From NCBI GenBank assembly GCA_031316235.1, contig JALDRA010000001.1, positions 1,950,001 through 1,982,000 of the forward strand: a stretch of 32,000 nt of DNA. The letters run 5' to 3'. Source of the DNA: Candidatus Scalindua sp. (lineage in GTDB: Bacteria > Planctomycetota > Brocadiia > Brocadiales > Scalinduaceae). A program made the translations under genes and the position numbers. Positions 18,750 through 26,422 of this stretch are shown one piece after another (positions within the stretch are counted from its first letter, which is position 1; each line of letters starts with the position of its first letter). The notes under the pieces were generated by a model. The model was not told the origin of the DNA. It saw only the letters and a program-made list of their open reading frames with translations, and ran no database searches.

Positions 18750-19802
18750 ATGGCTGAAAACAAGACTGCAAAATCAGTTAAAACCGGAAAAACTGTTAAG
18801 GATCAAAAAATCGCTAAGAGCCCGCGAACACGTAAGCCAGCAAAAACTACCACAGCAACAAGGGCTGTTAAAAAAACAAAAGCTGTTGAAGCACCAAACA
18901 GTACCAAGGTGTTTGATGTAGATGCCTATTCACCCTCACAAATTGCTTCACGCATTGATGCGGTAGCTGCTGTAAAGGCGAGCTATTCCACTGCGCAGAC
19001 ATTTTGGATGGGTATAAATGCCGGTGTTTTTATAGGATTGGGAGCACAATTTACCACCCTGGTGATCAGTGATTCAACCTTACACTATGGACTTACGGCA
19101 ATAATTGGGGGTATTGTTTTTACACTCGGGCTTATCCTGGTTGTCGTTGGAGGTGCGGAGCTCTTTACAGGCAACAGCTTGATTGTTATTGGATATATTG
19201 ACAAAAGGATTACCACTGCAGAAGTGCTTCGAAACTGGTCTCTTTCATTGACCGGTAACCTTTTTGGCAGCCTGATATTAGTCTTCTTTATCTACCAGTC
19301 GCATCAATGGGAGTTCTTTGATCACATGGTTGGTGCAAAGGCGTTGCTTATTGCCAACAAAAAGGTCAATTTATCGTTCGAAGTAGCCTTTGCACGGGGG
19401 GTCCTCTGTAATGCGATGGTATGTCTGGCAGTCTGGTTATGTTTTAGTGCAAGAAATGTGACAGATAAGATCATTTCGATGGTATTTCCCGTAGCGGGGT
19501 TCATAGCCAGTGGATTTGAACACTGTGTTGCAAACATGTATTTCATTCCGATAGGACTGGTATTACGGAATAATCCGGAAGTTGTTGCCGCCGCAAACAA
19601 GATGGCAGGAAAGAGCGTAAACCTCAGCCAGCTTACCTGGAAAGGGTTTTTTGTAAACAATCAATTCCCCGTTATGCTGGGAAATGTCCTGAGCGGCTCT
19701 ATTCTGGTAGGCCTGGCGTTCTGGTTTATATACCTGCGACCAAAGATTACCTTTTCAGTTAATATAAAGGAGGACTTTCCCAAGGAGGCAAAAGAACGTT
19801 AA
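18750..19802 (+). CDS. formate/nitrite transporter family channel (FNT), copy 2, with a Lys/Thr/Ala-rich N-terminal extension
   Basis: 350 aa from the ATG at 18750 (the ORF-track start at 18699 overlaps copy 1). GAELFTGN, FARGVLCNAMVCLAVWL, GFEHCVANM. The first 50 or so aa are KTAKSVKTGKTVKDQKIAKSPRTRKPAKTTTATRAVKKTKAVE. Confidence 0.9.
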   Translation: MAENKTAKSVKTGKTVKDQKIAKSPRTRKPAKTTTATRAVKKTKAVEAPNSTKVFDVDAYSPSQIASRIDAVAAVKASYSTAQTFWMGINAGVFIGLGAQFTTLVISDSTLHYGLTAIIGGIVFTLGLILVVVGGAELFTGNSLIVIGYIDKRITTAEVLRNWSLSLTGNLFGSLILVFFIYQSHQWEFFDHMVGAKALLIANKKVNLSFEVAFARGVLCNAMVCLAVWLCFSARNVTDKIISMVFPVAGFIASGFEHCVANMYFIPIGLVLRNNPEVVAAANKMAGKSVNLSQLTWKGFFVNNQFPVMLGNVLSGSILVGLAFWFIYLRPKITFSVNIKEDFPKEAKER

Positions 19803-19956
19803 CCAATTCCGGATTTGACAGAACGATCAATTTTTATCATGAGAGAAACAGGTTAAAAAAGTTCAAAAATATCTCAAATGAGAGCATTTTATCGGGAGAT
19901 AGTGTTAATTTCAATTATGCATAATTTTCTATTCCTTGTTCTTTTTCAACGCATCT

Positions 19957-22254
19957 TCACAGCCGTTTTTGCTCAGTAGTATCTCGTAATATTCCTTCAA
20001 CACGAACAGGTTTACCTTCCTCATCTCTAATCATATGGGAGGTGCACTCCATGGTGAAATGTGCTCCATTTTTCTTCTTACATAAGGACTCAAAGTGCCT
20101 AGAAATTCCATCTTTTTCAAGTTTTTCGACGAGTTTTCGTCTATTATCAGGATCTACATAAATATTGCTTACCTTTGTCCCGATCATATTTTCCGCTGAT
20201 TCATAGCCAAACATTTCTACACAAGCCTGATTAACCCACGTAAAAGTTCCTTCAACTCCCGGTTCGCATTGGTATATACCCTCTTTGAGTGAATTCAATA
20301 GCTGCCTTTTATGTTCTTCAGACTCTCGCAACTCATCATCCAGCCTCTTTCGCTCAGTAGTATCTCGTAATATTCCCTCAATACGGAGAGGTTGCCCCTC
20401 CTCATCTCTAATCATCTGAGAGGTGCGCTCCATGGTGAAATGTACTCCATTTTTCTTCTTACATAAGGACTCAAAGTGCCTGCAGATTTCATCTTTCTCA
20501 AGTTTCTCGATAAGCATTCTTCTATCATCAGGATTTACATAAATATCGCTTACTTTTGTCCCGACCATCTCTTCCGGTGATTCATAGCCAAACATTTCTG
20601 CACAAGCCTGATTAACCCACATAAAAGTTCCTTCAACTCCCGTTTCGCATTGGTATATACCCTCTTTGAGTGAATTCAATAGCTGCCTTTTATGTTCTTC
20701 AGACTCTCGCAACTCATCATCCAGCCTCTTTCGCTCAGTGGTATCCCTTATTACGCCTTCAATACGAACAGGAACACCGTCATCATCTTTCACCATGTTA
20801 GAAGTACGTTCAGTGTAAAATTTCTCTCCGTTTTTCTTTTTACAATAGGAGGTAAAGTCCTTCCAGACCCCCTCTTTTTCAAGTCTCTCTACGAGCATTT
20901 TCCTTTCGGCCTGGTCTACGTAAATCTCGCTTACCTTTGTGCCGATTACCTCTTCCGGTGATTCATAGCCAAACATTTCTGCAAAAACTTTATTAACCCA
21001 CGTAAACCTTCCATCAACTCCCGGTGTGCATTGATAAATACCAGCCCTGAGAGAATCAAATAATTCCCTGTAATTTCTCTCGGATTTCTCTATCTCTTTT
21101 GTCTTCTTGTCCAGAGTCTTTGCCATTGTATTAAAGGATTCGGCTAAAACACCGAGCTCATCTTCCCTTTTTATGTTTACTCTCTGGGTCAAGTCTCCTG
21201 CGGCCATCTTTTCAGTTGCCTCAGTTAGCTCAACTATTGGGTTAGAAAGTCGGGTACCGACAATGTATGCAAAAAACACAATGGGAAATGCAATTCCAAG
21301 CAACAATACCACACCAAGTGTATTAAGGTTATATGCTACTCCATATACTTCAGCCCTGTCGATTTCAGTAACTACACCCCAATTGAATTCAGGTAACCAG
21401 CGCCATACTCCCAATACGGGTATACCTCCATAATCGTTATATCCTATCGAATCAGAGCCGTTCTTACCTGCGACGCACTGAGCCACACCATAGGTTAATT
21501 TGCCAGTATCAAGGTCAACCAATTTCAGTTCCAGTGTACTTCTTTTATTTACAACACCTCTCTTTGTTAAAAAATTGGTAAACCGTGACTCTGAAAGCAT
21601 GTATCCCTCCTTGTTCACAAGATACGTCTCTCCCGTATTTCCGAATTTTTGACTGTGCATCAAGTTACTCAGGGTACCAACGTGAACCCTCAATGCGACA
21701 ACACCGGTTATTTCACTCTCCTTGTTCTTCAGGGGAGTTGAAACAAGCAATGTTGGAAATCCTATCTCTTTCTCATCAAACTCATTCACCAGTGGAATAT
21801 CTGATGGTATGATACTCGTTACAAATGTACTCCCTTGTAACGCATGCATGAAATAGTCCTTTTTTGATAAATCTCTTCCGATATTTTCTTCAATTGTTGC
21901 AATTGTTACCAATCCTTTTTCGTTGCATATAAAAGCACTCATGTAACCATACTCAACCACAATCATCTCTAAATATCTGAGAGTTTCTGCATACTCTTTA
22001 TCCTTTTTGGTAAGATTCAGACTGTTAGCCATATAAGGATTTTTTGCAAGAACCAAGACATCTGTCATCCTTTCACGCATCCAGGTAGAGACGAGCACTG
22101 CTTGTTTCTCACCAACAATTTCGAGATTGTCCATGATCACCGTCTTAAGATCTGACTGTATTCTTGGATAAGCAATAATCCTTAGTGAAATAAAAGGTAA
22201 TAAAGTAAAGAAAATGAGAACTACGGTGATGTATTTCTTAATGGATATTTTCAT
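19957..22254 (-). CDS. membrane sensor protein: Cache-like periplasmic domain, HAMP, three PAS units, no transmitter or output domain
   Basis: 765 aa. TM at about aa 9-27 and 312-334. The extracytoplasmic region is homologous to that of the kinase at 26423-28894. HAMP: PIVELTEATEKMAAGDLTQRV...ELGVLAESFNTMAKTL. Three 127-aa PAS-like units follow (aa 385-511, 512-638, 639-765). The stop comes directly after unit 3, and there is no H-box or HATPase motif. Confidence 0.85.
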   Translation of the reverse strand: MKISIKKYITVVLIFFTLLPFISLRIIAYPRIQSDLKTVIMDNLEIVGEKQAVLVSTWMRERMTDVLVLAKNPYMANSLNLTKKDKEYAETLRYLEMIVVEYGYMSAFICNEKGLVTIATIEENIGRDLSKKDYFMHALQGSTFVTSIIPSDIPLVNEFDEKEIGFPTLLVSTPLKNKESEITGVVALRVHVGTLSNLMHSQKFGNTGETYLVNKEGYMLSESRFTNFLTKRGVVNKRSTLELKLVDLDTGKLTYGVAQCVAGKNGSDSIGYNDYGGIPVLGVWRWLPEFNWGVVTEIDRAEVYGVAYNLNTLGVVLLLGIAFPIVFFAYIVGTRLSNPIVELTEATEKMAAGDLTQRVNIKREDELGVLAESFNTMAKTLDKKTKEIEKSERNYRELFDSLRAGIYQCTPGVDGRFTWVNKVFAEMFGYESPEEVIGTKVSEIYVDQAERKMLVERLEKEGVWKDFTSYCKKKNGEKFYTERTSNMVKDDDGVPVRIEGVIRDTTERKRLDDELRESEEHKRQLLNSLKEGIYQCETGVEGTFMWVNQACAEMFGYESPEEMVGTKVSDIYVNPDDRRMLIEKLEKDEICRHFESLCKKKNGVHFTMERTSQMIRDEEGQPLRIEGILRDTTERKRLDDELRESEEHKRQLLNSLKEGIYQCEPGVEGTFTWVNQACVEMFGYESAENMIGTKVSNIYVDPDNRRKLVEKLEKDGISRHFESLCKKKNGAHFTMECTSHMIRDEEGKPVRVEGILRDTTEQKRL
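19960..21102 (-). repeat. 3 x 381-bp in-frame tandem repeat (PAS-coding units)
   Basis: CAGCC(T/G)(C/T)TTT(C/T)GCTCAGT recurs at 19960, 20341 and 20722, giving a period of exactly 381 nt. Units 2 and 3 are 107/127 aa identical by my count. A stretch of about 104 nt (20242-20345 vs 20623-20726) differs at a single position. Confidence 0.9.
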
Positions 22255-22301
22255 TTATTTTTCTCCATAATATGCCCTATCCATTATTATTTAACTAATT
22301 C

Positions 22302-22343
22302 CATGAGGGGTGCATTCCCAATTTATTGTAAAATTTATTTAAC
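22302..22343. repeat. IS terminal inverted repeat (transposase-distal end)
   Basis: CATGAGGGGTGCATTCCCAATTTATTGTAAAATTTATTTAAC. It matches the reverse complement of 24482-24524 at 34 of 42 aligned positions with one 1-nt gap (hand alignment). It overlaps the transposase stop codon. Confidence 0.7.
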
Positions 22344-23753
22344 AATTCGAAGACTTCTCTTAAATTTTTTATTTTTAATTCTTTCCTGGTCGTCCCTTTT
22401 GTATTTTTCGATAACTTTATCGTAAGTACCGTTATATTTCGCGCATCTGATCTTGAGTATGTTATTAGCGTTTTGGATATACCACCAAGCTCCTGATCGT
22501 TTAAGCCTTGTATGGCTAATGAATTTATTGGCGCTTTCAATAGCACCGCTGCCAATGTGATATCCTCCACGCTTGGCGGAACTGTAATCCATCTTTTCAC
22601 AATGATTTGTGAGATAGGTATAAAACTTGTCAATTTTATCTTGAATATCTTGAGTTCGGGCTTTCATCTTTCCAAGACCGCCAAGCACCTCTTCATGGTA
22701 ACCATAATATATTCTTGTCAGAGTCGCCTCACACCACTGTAGAGACTCTCTTGTCTCTTTTCCGTAATGGGCATTGGCTACACCATGGACATACTCCGAG
22801 CAATGGTAATAGTCGAGAATCTCTTTTGCCGAGGGAAATATTTCTTTACATCGGTTCCAGATCCAGGGAGCACCGTCTCCTATAATTCCCAGGCGTATCT
22901 TCTCGTGGGGAATAAGCCCGGCTTCTTTGATCTTAACCAAGTATTCTGCTAATTCGTGATCTGCACAAACCTGGTGCCAGCTAATTAAATGAATAATAGT
23001 TTGACCATCGATGAGATACAGTCTAAAACCTTTAATCTCTTTGTATTCTCCCTTGCCTCTTTTCCCTTTACGGGGGTGAGGACTTGGCTCGGGACGCATC
23101 GGCCCGTGGGCTCCATCCAGGGCAAGCATCATAATGGGACGACGAAACTTATCCACTGAGAGGTTTTCTATCTGCTTATCAATCTCTTCCCTGGGCGGGC
23201 AGACATCCAAAATTCCCACTTCTTGACCAATGGCATTCGTGGTCTCATGCATATGATGTTCACTCAGCTTTACTCCGGTTATTCTCTCGTAGGTTTCGCT
23301 GGCCGTCTCATAGGCCGTTTCGCTTGACAACCAGGCTTCCACATCTTGCACATCATATTGCTTCGATGATTCAGACAATCCAAGGGCTTCGTCTAAAGGA
23401 TAGTATCCTAAACGACACGCTCTGCAATAAAAATAAGGCCTGGTTAATTCAAATTGTCCGGCAAGGGTTTGGATAGTCTTGGATTGTTTTCCTTGTCTTT
23501 GCATACCCTTGCCGCATTCGGGGCAATCGCAGCTTTGCTGATTCAATAAATGTCCAAATTTCCTCTCTATGAACCCAAGAATCAGTTGTCCTAATATCTC
23601 CGCTCTCTCTTCGAAAACAGCTTTTGAGATTTCTCCTAAATCTTCCATTGAGTACTCTTCCTCAATCTTATCCAATCGGGTGTCTAAAAAACCATAAAAT
23701 AAAGCTCTCCAGTTATCGGATGACTCTATCTTTCTTTTCACCACACAAGTCAA
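22335..23753 (-). CDS. DDE transposase with an N-terminal zinc ribbon (ISKra4-like/ISLre2-like; family unverified)
   Basis: 472 aa. CDCPECG...FYCRACRLG is a four-Cys zinc ribbon. Candidate DDE triad contexts are MLALDGAHG, IIGDGAPWIWN and ILDYYHCSEYV, which is the pattern I associate with ISKra4/ISLre2-type transposases. Confidence 0.8.
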   Translation of the reverse strand: MTCVVKRKIESSDNWRALFYGFLDTRLDKIEEEYSMEDLGEISKAVFEERAEILGQLILGFIERKFGHLLNQQSCDCPECGKGMQRQGKQSKTIQTLAGQFELTRPYFYCRACRLGYYPLDEALGLSESSKQYDVQDVEAWLSSETAYETASETYERITGVKLSEHHMHETTNAIGQEVGILDVCPPREEIDKQIENLSVDKFRRPIMMLALDGAHGPMRPEPSPHPRKGKRGKGEYKEIKGFRLYLIDGQTIIHLISWHQVCADHELAEYLVKIKEAGLIPHEKIRLGIIGDGAPWIWNRCKEIFPSAKEILDYYHCSEYVHGVANAHYGKETRESLQWCEATLTRIYYGYHEEVLGGLGKMKARTQDIQDKIDKFYTYLTNHCEKMDYSSAKRGGYHIGSGAIESANKFISHTRLKRSGAWWYIQNANNILKIRCAKYNGTYDKVIEKYKRDDQERIKNKKFKRSLRIVK

Positions 23754-23776
23754 AAATACCCCCTTTCAAAAGACTT

Positions 23777-24442
23777 CTATCGCTCCCTGAATACATCTAT
23801 GGCGAATAGTAACGCCTGACGTTCTAATACAGGCATGGATTTAAGTTTCGCTGTCCACCTTTTGGTCTTCCTCTTTATCCGTTCCCGCTCACGAAAGTTA
23901 TTGCCAAGATAACGATAGTCGTGCAGTCCTACCGGAACACTATAGTTCATCCATAACCACTCCGTTGCTACGCCATGATGACAGACGGCCTGAAAAGAAT
24001 GTGTCTGCCAGCTACGCAATGATTCTTTGTATAAGGTTGACTCGTAACCGGATATCATCACCATGCAGGGAAGAGTTTTCAAAACTTCCAAAAGTTCGAT
24101 GTGCTGCGCACGGCTATAGTCATATTTATATAGCCGTCCATACTTTTTCCTTGTCTCGCGAAGATATGGTGGGTCACAATATACCAGTTCTTTTCCTGTG
24201 AAATGATAATTATTCAGATAATTAATTGCGTCATCATGGACCAGTTCAAAACCTATTGGATGCATATTTGTCCACATCTCAACAACTTCCGAGTCAATTT
24301 CTATCCCAAAATTACTCCTGGCAGGTCGTTTGTTCCGTATAACAGCGCCACCACCCAAATGAGTCTCTATGTAGACATCATGGGGTGGCATAAGATTGAT
24401 TAACTTTTGGAATACACCTCCTTTGCCGCCTGGATAATTCAT
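23777..24442 (-). CDS. D12-class (Dam-like) N6-adenine DNA methyltransferase
   Basis: 221 aa. N-terminal NYPGGKGGV...YIETHLGGGAV (AdoMet-binding region of the Dam/D12 family) and the catalytic CDPPYL. The basic C-terminal tail is RERERIKRKTKRW. No restriction-endonuclease-like ORF is adjacent. Confidence 0.85.
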   Translation of the reverse strand: MNYPGGKGGVFQKLINLMPPHDVYIETHLGGGAVIRNKRPARSNFGIEIDSEVVEMWTNMHPIGFELVHDDAINYLNNYHFTGKELVYCDPPYLRETRKKYGRLYKYDYSRAQHIELLEVLKTLPCMVMISGYESTLYKESLRSWQTHSFQAVCHHGVATEWLWMNYSVPVGLHDYRYLGNNFRERERIKRKTKRWTAKLKSMPVLERQALLFAIDVFRER

Positions 24443-24448
24443 GGAAGA

Positions 24449-24477
24449 ATTATCGTTGAAAACAACGAGGAAGTCAA
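24449..24477 (-). promoter_or_regulatory. promoter candidate for the methyltransferase-transposase unit (possibly leaderless)
   Basis: On the minus strand: TTGACT, a 17-nt spacer, GATAAT, then 6 nt before the ATG of the methyltransferase. GATC (24478-24481) directly abuts the -35 hexamer. Confidence 0.35.
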
Positions 24478-24481
24478 GATC

Positions 24482-24524
24482 TTTTATTATATTTTACAAA
24501 AAATCGGGAATGCTCCCTTCCATG
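24482..24524. repeat. IS terminal inverted repeat (methyltransferase-proximal end)
   Basis: The reverse complement reads CATGGAAGGGAGCATTCCCGATTTTTTGTAAAATATAATAAAAG. It pairs with 22302-22343. Confidence 0.7.
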
Positions 24525-24740
24525 AGAGAGTTATCATTAGTTTTTGCTTTGATGTTAATGGATTGGTTTTTTTCCTTGGTGTAGAGTAGAACAAATGTTT
24601 CGCATTTGACATTCTCCTCTTATGGTTAATTATCATAAGTGGTTATACTAATTAAGTCAATGAAAATGTGAAGGTATTAATCTTGTTCTATCAGCATGCC
24701 GTAAAAGTTTCAGTTTCACAGCAATTGTGTACTGAGAAGG

Positions 24741-24912
24741 GTATCGATGCTCATCTTATAAGGTTTACGGATAAAATCCGGGAAAAAACGGAGTGAGTAA
24801 AGTCCTCGGTGTCTGGTCCGGGGATACCGGTAGCCGGGCTTTGGTTTTGAGAAAAATCTAAAACCAGATCAGTTTCAGTGTACGTTGTAAGAATGTTTGA
24901 AACCTCTCCTTG
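24741..24912 (-). repeat. intergenic structured repeat, copy C (inverted relative to A and B)
   Basis: The reverse complement aligns with copy B along its whole length: ...CAAGGAGAGGTTTCAAAC...CTGAAACTGATCTGGTTTTAGATTTTTCTCAAAACCAAAGCCCGG...GGTATCCCCGGACCAGACACCGAGGACTTT...CTCCGTTTTTTCCCGGATTTTATCCG...AAGATGAGCAT. It lies about 215 bp outside the IS end and about 118 bp upstream of the dodecin gene. Confidence 0.8.
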
Positions 24913-25029
24913 ACATTTGGAAAACTTTATGTCAGTATTGAATCCATGTTCGTTTTTTTGGACTTTTACTGTAACGGGGAGGGATCCTGATCCTTCAATT
25001 TTTATGTTGCTATACAGGAGGAAATACCG

Positions 25030-25233
25030 ATGGCAGTTGCCAGAGTTACCAGAATAACCGCTTCATCAACCAGTGGTTGGCAGGATGCAGTTCAGGAAGG
25101 GCTTCAGCGGGCGGCTAAGACAATCAGAGGCATAACCGGCCTTGAGATTGTAAGCCAAAAGGCTAAAGTTGTTGATGGGAAGATAGCAGAATTCAGAGTA
25201 ACAATAGACTTAACCTTTATTTTAGAAGGTTAG
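25030..25233 (+). CDS. dodecin-family flavin-binding protein
   Basis: 67 aa. VARVTRITASSTSGWQDAVQEGLQRAAKTIRGITGLEIVSQKAKVVDGKIAEFRVTIDLTFILE matches the bacterial dodecin pattern (v.kv.E...sS..S.e.A...a..rA.kTlr......v......v.dGki..y.v.l.v.F.le). AGGAGG SD. Confidence 0.75.
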   Translation: MAVARVTRITASSTSGWQDAVQEGLQRAAKTIRGITGLEIVSQKAKVVDGKIAEFRVTIDLTFILEG

Positions 25234-25297
25234 GAGTGGGGTAGGGTATCAGTATATACCCTCTTTTCTGAAAACAGAAAGACCATGCTTCAAAAGA

Positions 25298-25822
25298 ATG
25301 AGCAAAACCGCTGAAGTTGTCTCAATTCATATTGTGAGAAAACGTACGTTGGCTGAGGAACCATGTAATTACGTTGCGGTACGTCCAAATTTTGGGATTG
25401 AAGGGGACTACCGTTCAGGAAAATACCAGGGCTCTCAGGTTACATTAGTTGAAGCAGAAACCATGGATGAAGCATCACGCAGGCTTGGCTATAAAATATC
25501 CGGCGGGGCAAGCAGGCGTCAGATTATGGTTAAAGGTATTTCATTAAATCAATTAACCGGCTGTAGATTACGTCTGGGTTCAATAGTTGTAGAGGGAGAT
25601 GCGCTGTGCAAACCATGTAATAATATGGATTGGAGAATCGGGTCTGGTGCAAAGGAGGCAATGGATGGTAAAGGCGGTATCCGCTGCAGGGTCATCAAAG
25701 GAGGCAGACTCCGGGTGGGGGACAGAGTCACGATCGAAGATTCCTCCTGGATCTTTCATAGGAAATTTTTACGATTCCCGCGGAAATGCATCTTTTTTGT
25801 CATGAGGTTGTATCAAAGATAG
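25298..25822 (+). CDS. MOSC domain-containing protein
   Basis: 174 aa. GIEGDYR..., RRQIMVKGISLNQL, and LRLGSIVVEGDALCKPCNNMD (the conserved Cys of the MOSC beta-barrel), then GGIRCRVIKGGRLRVGDRVTI. Confidence 0.75.
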   Translation: MSKTAEVVSIHIVRKRTLAEEPCNYVAVRPNFGIEGDYRSGKYQGSQVTLVEAETMDEASRRLGYKISGGASRRQIMVKGISLNQLTGCRLRLGSIVVEGDALCKPCNNMDWRIGSGAKEAMDGKGGIRCRVIKGGRLRVGDRVTIEDSSWIFHRKFLRFPRKCIFFVMRLYQR

Positions 25823-25893
25823 ATGCCGACTGGGTCAAATTCATGGAAATGAACAACAGGCTTTTCTGTCTGTTAAGAACAGGAAGTATCTCT

Positions 25894-26259
25894 CTATCCA
25901 ATCTTTGATTTAATCGCCTCGAGGAGTTTCTCCTGAGTAACAGGCTTCTCAAGAAATACAAGCTCCGGATCCATCTCTTTCAGGTTTTTATATGCCTTTG
26001 GGGAAAAGCTGCTCGAAACAATAACCGGGATATCTGCATATTCCGTCATACCTTTTATATACAGGAAAAATGTATCTCCTGTTACCAGGTCTAAAAGGAT
26101 ATCAAGGATAATTAAATCAGGCTTTTTCTCCTCTAATTTTGATAATGCCTCATCGCCATCATAGGCAGTAATTATTTCATAGCCTGAACCTTCTAACATC
26201 ATAGCGTAGAGATCCTGAAAAGCCTGCTCGTCCTCCACAATCATAATCGTTTTACTCAT
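25894..26259 (-). CDS. stand-alone response-regulator receiver domain (CheY-like)
   Basis: 121 aa. IMIVEDE acidic pocket, phospho-acceptor context PDLIILDILL, conserved S (VSSS) and K (LEKP). No output domain. Confidence 0.9.
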   Translation of the reverse strand: MSKTIMIVEDEQAFQDLYAMMLEGSGYEIITAYDGDEALSKLEEKKPDLIILDILLDLVTGDTFFLYIKGMTEYADIPVIVSSSFSPKAYKNLKEMDPELVFLEKPVTQEKLLEAIKSKIG

Positions 26260-26422
26260 GGTATCAGCCTCTCCCCCCTCATTTAAATAACAATAAATCG
26301 AAACACAGCAAAAGGTTATTACGTGATATTGAAAAATTATAAAAGGTGAATTCTACCGTTAAACAGTAACAATGTAAAGGGTATTATAACAAAGAGACCA
26401 AAGCGTAGAAACAACGTCACAC

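Larger units (their letters stand above)
22302..24524 (-). mobile_element. IS-like element (about 2.2 kb) with terminal inverted repeats, encoding a Dam-class methyltransferase plus a DDE transposase
   Basis: Imperfect TIRs at 22302-22343 and 24482-24524 enclose exactly two same-strand ORFs separated by 23 nt. The repeats may extend outward to TAACT at about 22292 and 24533. No clear target-site duplication was found. Confidence 0.7.

Noticed and set aside
19960-21102. Regular repeats that might suggest a CRISPR array
   Set aside because: The period is 381 nt and in-frame, and the repeats encode PAS modules within one long ORF. There is no repeat-spacer organisation anywhere in the window.
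22295-22633. 112-aa minus-strand ORF
   Set aside because: It overlaps the 3' part of the transposase gene in another frame and extends into the IS inverted repeat, with no motif support.
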